NCBI GenBank assembly: GCA_054600435.1
Contig: BAAIJX010000001.1
Span: forward strand, 1,178,001 to 1,233,494
DNA from: Neophaeotheca triangularis
Taxonomy: Eukaryota
Direction: 5' to 3'
DNA length: 55,494 bases
Position 1 is the stretch's first letter; every line of letters begins with the position of its first letter. Positions 35,486-48,347 of this stretch are shown piece by piece. A program made the translations under genes and the position numbers. The notes beneath the pieces are model-generated. The model worked only from the letters and a program-made list of their open reading frames with translations. It had not been told where the DNA came from and searched no databases.

Positions 35486-36675
35486 ATGGGTCTCGGAGCG
35501 CCAAAAAAGTATGTACCGTTCTCTTCGATTAGAAATCCCTGCCAACTAACACCCAGTCTTTCCGCAGACGGTCCAAACTCTCCCACGACCCCAACAACAC
35601 CGCCTGGTCCAACAACGACGCCAACTTCGGCCACCGCATGCTCGCAAAACAAGGCTGGAAACCCGGCACCCTCCTTGGAGCTGAAAATGCCGCGCAAAAA
35701 GAACACCTAACCGCGGCCTCGCAATCACACATTCGCGTCATGCTGCGCCAAGACAATGCGGGGCTGGGCGCGGACCGTAAAAAGCAGAACGCCGAGACTT
35801 TCGGGCTCAACCTGTTTTCGGGAGTTTTGGGCCGCTTGAATGGGAAGAGTGAGGAGGTTTTGGAGAGCGAGGAGAGGAGGAGGGGGGATGTGGAACTCCG
35901 GGCTTGGCAGACGCAGAGGTTTGGGTACATGCGGTTTGTGAGGGGTGGGTTGCTGGTGGGCGACAAGGAGGTTCCCAAGAAGGATGGCCCGAAGAAGGAT
36001 GGGGAGGGTGTGAAAGGTGGAGAGGTGGAGAAGGGGATAGAGAACGGTAAGGCGGCGGATGAGAAGAAGAGTAAGAAACGGAAAACCGATGCTGGGGAAG
36101 AGGAGGCGGAGGCTGGAAGGAAATTCAAGGAACCGAAGAAGCGGAAACGCGACCGCGATGCTGAAGTTGTCGAAGAGACGGAGGACGCCGATGCCGCGGA
36201 CAAGAAGAAGCGTAGCAGAAAAGAGAAAAAGGCCCGCAAGCAGGACTCCGTCACGACTTCAAGCGCCGAAGCAAGCCGCGCAACCACGCCGGAAGCCGCG
36301 ACAAAAGAGAAGAAGCGCAAATCCAAAATCGAAGTTTCCGAGGACAATCCAGACGACAAAGCCCTCCGCAAACAAGAAAAGCGCGCTCGCAAAGAAGCAC
36401 GCCGTTTACGCAAGGAAGAAAAGCGACAGCGCAAGAGCAAGCGGAAAGTGGACACGGCAAATCCCACCTCCACTGCCGCGAGCAGCGAAAGCGACGACGA
36501 TGACGACGACGACGCTTCCGTAGCGGAAGATCAACCCAAGACGTCTGTTCAGAAGCCCACTGCGGCGCCTGTCGGAGGCGGCAGGAACGCGGTGCGCCAT
36601 CGTTATATTCAGCAGAAGAGAATGGCGTCTATGAATCCGCAGTCTATGAAGGAGATCTTCATGGTGAAGGCTTGA
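35486..36675 (+). CDS. PXR1: G-patch ribosome biogenesis / telomerase-associated protein PXR1 (Gno1/PinX1)
   Basis: MGLGAPKK|RSKLSHDPNNTAWS (intron 35509-35567), G-patch FGHRMLAKQGWKPGTLLG...NAGLGA, a KKE-rich tail and C-terminal AVRHRYIQQKRMA...EIFMVKA. Confidence 0.92.
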
Positions 36676-37415
36676 TTTGAGTAGGGGAGGAAATACGAGT
36701 TGCTTGGTCGCGGGTTTGCTTGAGGTACTTTGAAACTGTGCTTTAGCGGAGTTGCTCAAGGCGATGTATTCGGGCTTGGACTGCTTATGTGGGAGTTCTA
36801 TGGGGAATGGTCCTTAGGATCATGGGTGAGGGCGTTAATTGGTGTCATCAGGATGCTCAATTGTGATACACATTCCACCATTATACGGTTGTCTATCAAC
36901 TGGTCTGTCCATTTTCCGTTGCAGGAATGAGTTGTATGAGACCAGTCGTGAACGAGACGGAGCTCATGTGTTGCAACGCACGAGGCAAAATGGTCTATAG
37001 TTTTGCCTTGTCAGTTCCAAGCGTGCAGTATCCATCCTGCTTTTGCATGTTAGTAAATGAGAACATGGTAATTGAAGCACACGACGCTGGCACAAGACTT
37101 ACCAAGCGCCTGCTTTCTTTGAAAGCGTCTCAATCAGCAGGTGTTGCTTTGCCGTGCAGCGTTCGTCGCCGGACGTGGTAAGGTAGTGTGCTCGACTTAC
37201 CCGCCGCAGCACTTGCTTCCGTTTCTGCGCCGCAAGTCGATCGGGCGTGGTCGGGCTAGCGGTCACGCGTTGACTTGGTGCGCCGTAGACAGCGGGCTGC
37301 TACAAGAGGGCGTGTGGTGGCTGTCGCAGAACGCTGACTCCTGGCGATAGTGTCTCTCACAACCCTCACGATTTCATCTTGAAAGGCTTAGTGCTGGGGT
37401 TAGCGAACATGCTCC

Positions 37416-38327
37416 TCAAACTGGCTCCTCTTTCGTATCACCTTCCGCCTCCCCAACCTTCTCCCCCTTTTGGTCATTTTCGTTGCCCTTTTCTTTTTCC
37501 TTTTCTTTCTCCGTTTCCTCCTCCCTCTCCCTCTCCTTTCTCTCCTTCTCCTCCTCCCTCTCCCTCTCCTTCCTTTCCTTCTCCTCGGCCTCCGCCTTCT
37601 TCGTCGCCCTCGCCTCAAAAACCCTGCCAATAGCCCCGGCCCCATTGAGCCACTTCTCCATGTCCCCATCAAACCGCTCCAGCTCCGCCTTAGCCGCAGC
37701 ATTCCTCTTCTTCAATGCCTCCTTCTTCGCAGCCAAAACCAACCGCTCCTCCTCAAAAGCCTGCCTCGTAGCCCGCTCGTCATCGATCCGCGCGACCATC
37801 AAGTCATCCGCGCTATCGTCCGCACGCTCGGGTGATTTGCCTAGGAACTCTTCCACGTCGATCAAGGGTAGTTCCAAGTACTTGTGGCTAGAAAACGTCC
37901 GAGTTAGCAAACATGACCACTACGCAGACGCATGCGGCTTCTGACGGTATACGCACTTGTAAGCCCTACACGCGGCAATTTCGCCTCTCAAATGACGCTG
38001 CTCATAATACAGATTTTGGAGGCTGAGGTGCAGCTCGTCGACTTCCTGCCTCCAAGCGCCGGTTGCTTGTTTCGTGTCGCGCGTGTTGAGAATGGCTTTG
38101 CGGTTGCGACCGCGCAGTTGCGCGAGTTGGGCGCGAAGGTTTTTGTCCGCTTTGTAGAGGGCGCTGGTCTGGTCTGGGGTTGCGCCGCCGGGGTTGGAGT
38201 TTTGGACGGTTTGGACGAGGGATAGGAGGGCGAGGCTTTGTTCGCGGACTTGGGAGACGGTTTGGAGGGCGACGCAGAGGTCGTCGGCGGAGATGATGTC
38301 GGTAGTGGCGGCCATACTGGTGGTCAT
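37416..38327 (-). CDS. THO complex subunit 5-like (FMIP domain) protein
   Basis: LRGRNRKAILNTRDTKQAT..RQEVDELHLSLQNLYYEQRHLRGEIAAC, intron 37888-37956, then HKYLELPLIDVEEFL...LMVARIDDE, followed by an E/K/R-rich tail. The start may be 38315. Confidence 0.85.
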
Positions 38328-38887
38328 GAGTACGAAGAGGTTGGAGAGTGAGCAGTAAGACGAGCGATCGTTAATAGAATGGAGGTTGAAGTTGAAGTTG
38401 AAGTTGTTTGCGAGCTCAAGCTCGAGCTGATGGAATCGAACTGCAAGAGATTAGATTAGATAAGAGACAAACGTGCTAACACAGCAATTGGAGCCTTGGA
38501 AGGCATCGTTTGGTGACGTTGACCAGCTAGCGATTGGTGTGTGGCGGCAACGACACCACCTTACTAAGACGGCAAGTACAAAAGATCAAACGACGAAGAG
38601 GACGTCTCTCTCGACTACTTCAATTTCTTCACTTTCCATATCTTGTTGCGTTTAAGAGCGAACGGTACTACTGCACCTCAAGCCTGTCTACTCCGTCCGT
38701 GTCCGTCCTGAAGCTTCACCTCACCATACCTCAGGTACAGCTTCCACCGACTACTACTATACCTATACACCATCGCCCAAGCAATTTTGATATTGGATCA
38801 ATACCTCACATCCACACATGACAATCACAACTTGCCCGTAACACGTAACACCATCATCCCCCGGCCTCGTCCGGAAATTCATCCAAC

Positions 38888-41800
38888 ATGGCCACCTCAA
38901 CTCCCACCGACGAGCAGCGAGAGCTATCCCTCATCGGCAAGGTGGAAATGCGAATAGCCCTTACCGACACAGACGCCAAACTTGAAAGCCAACTCAAAAC
39001 CTACCTTGCCCCTTTGCTGCTCAAACTCAGCTCAACGAGCCCAGAGGTGCGGAACAAAGTCGTAACCATCTGCCAGCACATCAGCACGAGAGTGAGACCG
39101 CAATCGATACAGCTCCCCGTGGCTGCTTTGATCAAGCAATACAAAGAATCCACCCACCACCTCGTCCGAACTTTCGATCTGGTCTATATCCAGCAAGGCG
39201 TCGGCAGGCTCACCACCGCGCAGAGGGCCGAGCTGTTACCTGTAGTCGCCAAAGGTATCGCGGAAGGTAGCGGCGGCGAAGCGCAAGCTCAAGTCTTCAA
39301 CCTGTTCCTCAGACTGCTGGAGAGTTTCGTCATTCCGCCTCGAGGGAGCAAGGAAGATGTCGAGCTGCGTACTAAACTCGAGGTCTCGGACAGGGATACC
39401 GACCATCTCGCGACTTGGCTGGGGAGGCTTCTACTTCTCAACGCACGGAAGCAGAATGATCAGGCCTGCCCAGGTCTCAAACCCGAAGAATGCTCGTTTC
39501 TGGATCTCCATTGCAAGGAGGTTATCTGGAACCCGTCGGCTGGAGGTCTGAACCTCTTGCGCACGAAAGTCCTCGCGGCGAAGCTTCTAGCCAGTGGGCT
39601 TTTCACCGAGTCTCAACGCTTCTTGCCTGCGTTGTATGCTTCTTCGGATTCGGCTTCGAGTATCAGTGACGTGGGAGATGACATGATGAAACGGACTCTG
39701 CCTGCTACTGATCTGGAGGATGAGAGGCTTCTGCGCGAGCTGTTTGATCTTTACTTTGGCGATGGTGTGCGTCCTCGTGTGAAGGCGCCGGTGCGGATGA
39801 AGATTCTCGGGCTGCTTTCCAAATCCACCAACAGCACCACATTTGCGAATTCGATTATGCGGCTGGTTGACGATGGGTTAGGGGCGAGGCAAATGGATGG
39901 CGAAGATACCGTTATGGGAAATGGGTCAGCGAAGTAAGTGAAATCATCATCTCCAAATCTCACGATAGCCGCTGAGCCCCGGTCTAGACACGGTTATGCA
40001 TTCCTGGTGTTCATGAAAAACTAGAAGCTGACATGAATACCCTCACTAGCCCTTCGAGCACCGGTCGAGAGGCCACAAAACTTCGATCGGCAATATTCGC
40101 CTACATCAACTTTGTCGCGCGATACGGTCCGGAAGAGACACTCAATGCCATCGCACCTAGGACTGTCTCTCGATTACGCGATTTCATCGACGATCAAGGA
40201 TGGCCAAAGCCGGGCCCAAATGAAGACCTCACGTCGCGAGGCTACGGCTACGAAGTAATAGGTCTACTCTCCAAGGCAGGCCCTCGAAGCCTCCTTGTAG
40301 AAGACGAGCATACCTCCCTCGACGTCACCCGTTGGCTTTTCGACTCTCTTGCCCGGGACACCTCCGGCAGCTCAATCGTCGTCAGCATTGAAGAGTCCCT
40401 CTCGTCGGTTCTCAGTGCTCTCAGCCGCGTAGAATTACAGCTGGAAGAGCAAGCATCCCTTGAAGGGCTCTTGACAGAAGAAATGGTGCAGTCGGCAGAC
40501 CTCGAGGCCAACAAGCGCATACGAAGCACACGATACACCGCTGTGCGTTTCGCCAATCGATGTCTCCCCTACGATTCGGTCAAGGCACGCTGGGTGGATG
40601 TCCTTGGCATGGGCGCTAGCAAAGACCGGGCAGAAGTGCGCGAGGAAGGCGAGCGGGGCCTCAGTCCCTACTGGTACCGGATGCTCAACGGCTCCACCGA
40701 CATCTCCGGAGTGCAGCATGTGCGGTTCCCATCTTTCACTGAAGTCACTCGACAGTTCTTTTCCGGTCGTGTGTTGGATGACAGTGTGGAGGCTATGGCT
40801 GTTGCGCGGCTTACAAGGCGTCAGCATTCGGATTGCTTTTTGCAGATTGTCTCGTTTGTTCGACGGACCGCGGTGCATGAGGCACTGCGGGACCATCACA
40901 GCGCGCCGGGCATCGATCAAGGATGGGAGAGGATGATCGATACACTTGCCGAGAGCGGCGGAGAGGCGAGGTTGCAGTTGAAACAATACTTTCACAAGTC
41001 ACGAGGTGAGGTTCTTCGGTCTTTAGAGGTGCTTGTTTGTGCTCTCTTCGAGGCTATCGTTGGACAAAGCATGGCGCACGAAGACTACCTGACCGAGCTG
41101 CTGGCCTTGGCTCCAGACAATGTGGCGCAAAAGCTTGTTCCGTTTGTTGAAGATCTGGTTCCCGTTCTGTTGTCAAACAACCACGCCAGGCGCTCGATGG
41201 CCGCGAGAGTCTTCGGTCTGCTTGCGTCTCATGCTTCAGCCTCGTCGATCACGGTCGGCAAGCAAGTCGCACATCTCATGACCAAAGCTCAAAACTGGCC
41301 TTCGGCCGTGGGAGCGGATCTCAATCAGTCTCTCGGAGCCATACTCGCTTTGGGATTCTACTATAGCAGAGCAAAGTACCGAGGTGTGCAGATTGCGGAC
41401 GCTTTGCAAGATGGGCAGTATCTTAAAGCTGTCGTCAACGTCACAATGAAGAGTACAGATAGCCTGCTACGGGAGGGGGGGCACATCGCTCTCGGCCAGC
41501 TCAGCATGTTCCAAAGCTTCTCGAAGCAAGATCTTGAAGTCCACGAGAGACTACGCTCGCTTGTAGACAGAATCTACGACGCGGCCAAAAACGGCAACGA
41601 GCCGGCCATCTTCTGTCTCGGTCAGCTGTCAATGACCTTACCCGAAGGAGCGGCCAGCGAGGACAGCGATCTTCACTACATTGAGACTCAACTGTACAAA
41701 CTTCATGAGATCCGCCAAGCCGAAGCACACTTTGCCGTTGGAGAGGCGTTCAGCTATCTCGCAGCGAGTTGGCAGTCATCGGCATTGTCAACGAAACTGG

Positions 41801-44800
41801 ATATCGATGGTCCCAAGCCGGAGACGCCTGCTCGTGTCAATACCTTGGGTGCAGTGCTGGAGCGGATATTAAAGGACTGCGTCAACACCAAGCCAGCTCT
41901 CAAGAAGGCTTCGGTCATGTGGCTGCTATGTCTTGTACAATTCTGCGGCGATAAAGAAGATGTCCAGTCGAGATTGGCGAACTGTCAGCTGGCATTCAAG
42001 CGCTGCTTGTCCGATCGAGACGAGTTGGTGCAGGAGACTGCTTCCAGAGGTTTGGGCTTGGTGTACGAGAAAGGTGATAGGAGCCTCAAAGACGACCTGG
42101 TGCGTGACCTTGTGTCATCATTCTCGTCGGATAAGCAATCACAGCTTGCGGGCAACGTGAGCAGTGACACTCAGCTTTTTGAACCTGGAGCACTGCCGAC
42201 CGGAGACGGCTCGGTTACCACTTACAAGGACATTATGAGCTTGGCTGCGGAAGTCGGTGATTCGAGTCTCGTCTATCGCTTCATGTCCATGGCTTCGTCA
42301 AATGCCATCTGGTCAAGCAGAGCGGCTTTTGGTCGTTTCGGGCTGAGCAATGTGCTTTCCGACTCGAGCGTGGATGGATACTTGGCCGACAATCCCAAGC
42401 TGTATCCCAAGCTTTTCCGCTACCGCTTCGACCCAAACCAGGGCGTGCAGCGATCGATGAATGACATCTGGAACGCACTCGTCAAGGACTCATCTGCCAC
42501 CATTGACAAACACTTCGACGCCATCACGGAAGACCTCCTCACAAGTATCCTCGGCAAGGAATGGCGCGTGCGACAAGCCAGCTGTGCGGCCATTGCCGAC
42601 CTCGTCCAAGGCCGCTCCCTCGACAAATACGAGCAATATCTCGAACGTATCTGGACTCAATGCTTCAAAGTCCTCGACGACATCAAAGAATCCGTCCGAG
42701 CGGCAGCCGCGTCCCTCGCCCGAGTTCTCACCGGCGTCCTAACCCGTTCGCTCGAATCCGACACCACCTCCAAACACGCCTCAGCCATGCTCAAAAACGT
42801 CCTCCCCTTCCTCCTATCCCCTAGCGGTCTCGAATCCAGCGCCAAAGAAGTGCAGACTTTCGCCGTTCACACGCTCCTCGAAATCGTCAAGAAATCCTCT
42901 GCCCCGACCCTCCGCCCTTTCATCCCAGAGCTCGTCGAGCGCTTGCTCGGCCTCCTCTCCTCTCTCGAGCCTGAAGCTGTCAACTACATCCACCTCAACG
43001 CCGACAAGTACAACCTCACCGAGCAGAAGATTGACGACATGCGCCTATCAAGCGTCCGCAGCAGCCCCCTGACCGAAGCCATCGAGCGCTGCCTCGACCT
43101 CCTTGACCCCGAAACCATGACAGCTCTGCGTCCGCGTCTGGAGAACGCCATGAAGAGCGCCGTTGGTCTGCCGTCCAAAGTCGGTGCCAGTCGTGCTCTC
43201 GTGTCTCTGGCTACGCGGCGCACGGCGCTCTTCAAGCCTTTTGCGGACGAGTTTCTCAAGGTGGTCGAGAAGTGCGTGCAGGATCGCAACGAGACGGTCG
43301 CAAGCTCTTACGCCGTGGCAGCTGGATATGTCGCCAGAGGGGCTAGCGACAAACAAATCCTACGCACGGTTCAATTCGCAAGAAAGCTGTACTTTGAGAG
43401 CGAGGGCGATCGCGAAGCAGTAGTGCCAAAGCGAAGGTAGGTACCCATCCATGGTATAATACGTCTACCAAACTCTAGCTAACAAAATCCCCTCCCCCAG
43501 CATCGCCTCCGGCGAGATCCTCCACGCCCTCTCCAAACACGCCTCCGACCGCTTCGGCGCCCTAGCCTCGGCAACCCTCCCCTTCGTCTTCGTCGCCAAA
43601 CACGACACGCACGCGCTCGTGCGCGACCCTTTCGTCAAAACCTGGGATGAGGCCGTCGGCGGCTCGCGCACGGTTCTTCTCTACCTCAACGAAATATTAA
43701 ATCTCGCGACCGAACACCTGGACTCGCCGCAATGGACGCTCAAACACACGTCTGCGCGCGCCGTTGCGGCGGCTGTGGGTGCGGTCGTGGGCGCGAGTAG
43801 CGATGGAGGTATCAGGGATGAAGGGGTTGCTGGGGGACTTTGGGTGGCGTTGGAGAAAGCGCTTGGGGGCAAAACTTGGGATGGAAAGGAGGTGGTTTTG
43901 GAGGCTTTTGTGAAGTTTGTGAATGCTGCTGGGGGATGGTGGGGGGAGAGAGCGGAGGTAAAGGCGGCGGTTGTGAAGGTGAGCTTTTCCTCTTTCCTTT
44001 TTCCTTTTTGATTTCTTTTTGCACGTGCGTTCGCTACGTCCTCTCTGGCCTGGCCTGGCTTTTGCCTTTCCTGCTCTCCCTTTTGGGAATTGGGCTGTTA
44101 CCCGTTGCGGAAGTTGGCTTGCTCGTTTCGGATGCGATGGCGTTTTTGTGGCTGGCTGCCGTGAGACACCACGTGCGGACTGAGACACACGTGTGTCTGA
44201 GACACCACGTGTGCGCCTGAACTGGCTAAGACACCACGCGTGAATCAATGCTGAAAGTGAAACCGCATGCGCGAGCAAGCTGAGACATTGCCCGCCTGGT
44301 TCCACGACGAAAACGGGGTGTCCACGTGGTGTCTCGGGGCTCACCGACCCGCGTCTTCTAGCCACTACATCACCCTCAGCCTTACCAATTCTGGTCACAC
44401 TAACAGCTGTTTCTCGACAGATCGCCATCAGGGAAGCCAAGCGCCAGAACGCCTCTTACCGTCCACACGCCATCCGAGCTTTGGGAGACGTGGCGAAAGC
44501 CCGCGGTGACATCGACATGAGTGCCACGGTGCTGGAAATTGCAGGGCCGTTGCTGCAGAACGAAGCGGATGTGGACGCCATGGAGGTTGATGGCGAGACT
44601 TCCACGGGAAGTGTTGAAATGTAAGTGCAAAACGCCGCTTACTTACCCCTTTTCAGCCTGTCGTTATGATGTGGCTGTGTTCTCGGCCGCCCGCATGCCG
44701 TGCAACCAGGCTTGAGCCAGACGCAGTGCGACGGGTCGACGATCGACAGCTAACAGCAAGCCTCTCTATGCAGGAAGGAGACTACCCGCGCAGCAGCAGC

Positions 44801-45251
44801 CTCTGCCGTACTGGCCTCGATCAACTGCAGCAGTAGTATGAACAACTCCGAATCCCAACGCCAACGACTCACCCAAGCCCTGGGCCTCGTAGCCAAAACA
44901 AACCTCCAGACCCCTGCAATCCAACGTAGCGTCTTCACCTCGCTTACCGACCTCTTCAAACGCTTGCGAGAAGAGCACAAGGACGACAACGCCCTGGACC
45001 ACCTCCTCGGAGATGATTTTACGGATTTCACACCGGCTTTGAAGACGCTACTTCAACTCCACGGCGAGGAGAACGTCCTTGTCGGTAGCGAGGCTTTGCG
45101 CTTGTTGCGTGCTGAGGCTGTTGTTGCTGTTCGGGGGGTATTTTCGGAGGGGGCTTTTGCTGGGACGTTGAAGGATGGAGCTAGGGCATTGTCGGAGAGG
45201 GAGCGCTCGGGGGTTGTCAAGGCGAAGTTGGAGAGGGTTCTGGGGTCATGA
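38888..45251 (+). CDS. ECM29: Proteasome adaptor/scaffold Ecm29 (HEAT repeats, ~1862 aa)
   Basis: Exons 38888-39933, 40050-43436, 43501-43978, 44421-44620, 44774-45251 (5589 nt, open frame). Motifs ELSLIGKVEMRIAL..YLAPLLLKL, PKLFRYRFDPN..VQRSMNDIW, EWRVRQASCAA, VLDDIKESVR. Confidence 0.95.
44163..44335. repeat. Intronic GAGACACCACGTG repeat cluster with a perfect palindrome and an inverted copy
   Basis: GAGACACCACGTG at 44163 and 44199, palindrome AGACACACGTGTGTCT at 44183-44198, AGACACCACG at 44229 and inverted copy CACGTGGTGTCTC at 44323-44335. Confidence 0.85.
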
Positions 45252-46676
45252 TAGAATTGCGCGTGGAATATTCGATGGTCGCGAGAGAAGTGACAAAACC
45301 ATGAGGACGGTTGGGTCGAGCCACCCGAAACAAGTGGTGGCAGTGATGGCTGGACCCTTTGACGTTATAGCCGTCCTTGGGCCCTGAATACCTATGTAGA
45401 GTACATACAGCCTCATCACAGGGTGACAGGGTGACAGCGCTGATGTCACTCTATCCGCGTTTTCAATTATGCCTTTTCTACGATCGCGCAGCTGTGGATA
45501 TCGGGAGCACTTCCTTCTCCGGCTGAGTTTAGCGAATATGAGATCATCGTACAATGCTGCTCGAGCAGTGGTTGTTTTGACTTTTGAATCTTGACTGCTG
45601 AGGCCTTGGAGAACGCGCGGGAACTGACGCGCTAACAAGGTAAGGTACCTCTGAGGGAGAAGGGCCGTGACTGTTGCGTCACTACTGAGCGTTCCAGCCA
45701 TGTGGGAGTCGTGTGCCTGTGCTCGACCGAACTGTCGGGCTCGCTGGTTGTTTGTTCTTTTCTCAGAAGAACTAAAGGTAGTATCATCGCCTCTGCTGCC
45801 GGCTTGTACAGAACGGCTGGCTGGGCTGGCGTACCAAAGTGTCGGGATTTTGTCGCGCTTCTGGGAGCACGTTGCGTCAATTTCGTTGTCGAAATTCGAC
45901 CCGTCTGGACTCTGCGGCCTCTGCCGGCCCATCTTCACAGCTGCGACAGACAACCTTGGAAGTATCTACGTATGGGTCGGCACATGGAATCACCGTCTTG
46001 TACCGAACTTGTCGTCATCGGAGGTATGTCCGGGAGTAGTACATCCGGAGGTATGGCCGGTTTTCGAGGAGGAAGCGCTACTACTAGCAGGTACTAGTAT
46101 GGAGCAATCTCAGTAGTCTCATCCCACGTCATAGGGAACATGTACGTAGGCGTAAGCTGCCTTACCTAGGTAGCTGGATAGTCAAAAGCCAAAGCGCGCG
46201 CACGGAGAGCATGTCTCGTGCTGCGTGCACCTTCGTGGTTGTTGCTGTGCCCCCACCCTAGCTAGCAGCTAAGGTACGTACCTTAGTAGCTATGCTAGAC
46301 AGTTGATCCAACCACACCGCACTGACCGCAGACCTGAGACCTCGTTGAACCGTGAAGCACTACTGCTAAACAGTAGTAGTGAACGGAGGCCACGCCGCGC
46401 ATCCTCCCCACCGCAATGCTCCCGCTAGTGCTACCCTGGTTTGCTTTCTGATGTACGATGAAGACAACGCTCCGTCGCTGACATGGGCCATGGCAATAAT
46501 GTTTCTCAGCTCGCTGCAAGAATCCTGCGACAGACTGACAGTGCGTTGCTGTTGAGCGCCAGGCCCGCTTCAAGAGGCAGGTAACGGGCGGCGGGTGAGA
46601 ACTCTGTTTCGCTGTTGCAGGAAGTAGTGGTGCGGCTAGGGATGTTGATTTCGATGACCTTTCGATTTTATGGTCA

Positions 46677-46725
46677 GACCATTGACCATTGACCATTGAC
46701 CAATGACCAATGACCATTGACCATT
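46677..46725. repeat. (GACCAWT)7 heptamer tandem repeat
   Basis: Seven adjacent copies, five GACCATT and two GACCAAT, in the long intergenic region upstream of the Zn2Cys6 gene. Confidence 0.9.
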
Positions 46726-48347
46726 CCAACATCCCTAGGTGCGGCGCCCCAGCTCAACTCGGAATGTTTTTCCTCAAGCCACGGCCAGCCATGTGAGCGT
46801 CGTAGTAAAACATGTCGTTCATCTCGCCACGGTCACGTGCGAGGTCTGCCCTCGACCTCATGCGAGTGCGGAAAAGTCTTTCGTGTCGTTCAGACTTGGT
46901 GCGGTAACTCATACCGTTGGAAGGCAAACCGAGTCGCTGGAATTATTTCAGACCTTCCACTGTCTGGGAAAGGAAGCTAGCCAGGAGGGGCAACCGTCGA
47001 CGGCTCTTCCCGCACCGTACTGCAGCCGGGGCTTTGTGATTCGCTGCTAGGGACCTCACCCGCTCGTATCGATAGATTCGACACGCAACGCTAGGTAAGG
47101 GTGTCAAAGTTTCTTGGGTCATGTGTAGTGGCTTGTCGTCGTCGCCGCATCTCCACTAACGATAGATTATCTCTTTGTTAGCAGTAGGGCGCCTTTCCCA
47201 TTATTGTTTGATTATCGTGCATCCGACCGACAAGGATATCGCTTCGGCCCTCGGGCAGCAAAATCGGCACTTCGTACACCCTCGGTGCTAAATCCCTTTT
47301 GGGCAAAATTTGCAGCTTGGTCTGTCCGCAAAGGCGCAAGCTCGCATCGTCTGTGGCTTGGATCTGTTTCCCCATGCTTGAGACTAACAGGAGGCGTTGG
47401 TAGATGCTGTCACCCGTGACGGCAACCCCAATAATAAAACATGGTATTGGTCGGGCTTCAGACATGGTTGGGCTTCCCTGAATCGCACAGCTCCCGTTGG
47501 TATCATTGCGTGGAGCGGGCGGCTACGCCCGCTCATGCAATATCTCAACATCCTCGTGGCAGCCACCACCTAGTGACTGACTGGCGTGCGGTAATTCGAC
47601 GCCACAAAAAGGAAATTCACTGTCGGGTCGAAGACTGCGTTTACCGCAATGGCCGTATTACCCTACACGATCCGTCAACGACCGGGGATTCGGGATCATT
47701 CCTCGACCGGAGGCTCCAGCTGCGATGGCATGGCATGATGGTAGCAGCGTGTGCTGCAAAGCTGCATCATTGCGGACCCTCTTGAGAGTCTCCTTTTCGC
47801 CCCTGCACAACCTTGGGTCGCCGTCGTCCTGCACGAGAGGCCTGTTACCGCTGCTCTCGGTTCACCCCTTGGCACGGCGGTTCCTTTCTCGCTTACGCCA
47901 TCAGCTTAGCCACGTAAAATATAGCAAAGCCACCGTGTGGTACGCTGCTCCTGATTGATCTCTGAAACGTCGTTGTACCAAAGCATTTACCGGAGCGTAC
48001 CGTTTCCGTCCGCACGTTTCTAGAAGGCTAAAGAGGTCAATTGATTTTGACTTTTGGTTATATATCATACAAGCCCGGGGGCAACCCAGTGCTTGGAACA
48101 CCTGGAGTCGGGCGCCCCGTTCGTGCGGATCTTCCCTCGACAAGCTCCATCTCTCATTGAATCAAACCAAACCAGTCCGCTGGAACGAGGTTTGACGTCT
48201 GCACGACCGTAGCTGCTCTATTGGTCGTTCAGTCCGTCGCCTAAATTTGCCTGTCGATCAGTGTGGTTGTCGACAGACTTTCGAATTTCTCGGCTGCTGC
48301 CGTCTATTCCATATTGTTCCGGTTCTCGAGTCGGCTCAAACCAAATC

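Noticed and set aside
44163..44240. CRISPR-like repeat-spacer appearance of the intronic repeats
   Set aside because: Eukaryotic intron, 13-bp repeats with very short spacers, and no cas genes.
31661..45251. PRE10 and ECM29 as a proteasome cluster
   Set aside because: Four unrelated genes intervene, and I identified no shared regulatory motif.
45246..48300. 235-aa minus-strand ORF and other ORFs upstream of the Zn2Cys6 gene
   Set aside because: No recognisable domain or coding-like composition; probably promoter or intergenic DNA.
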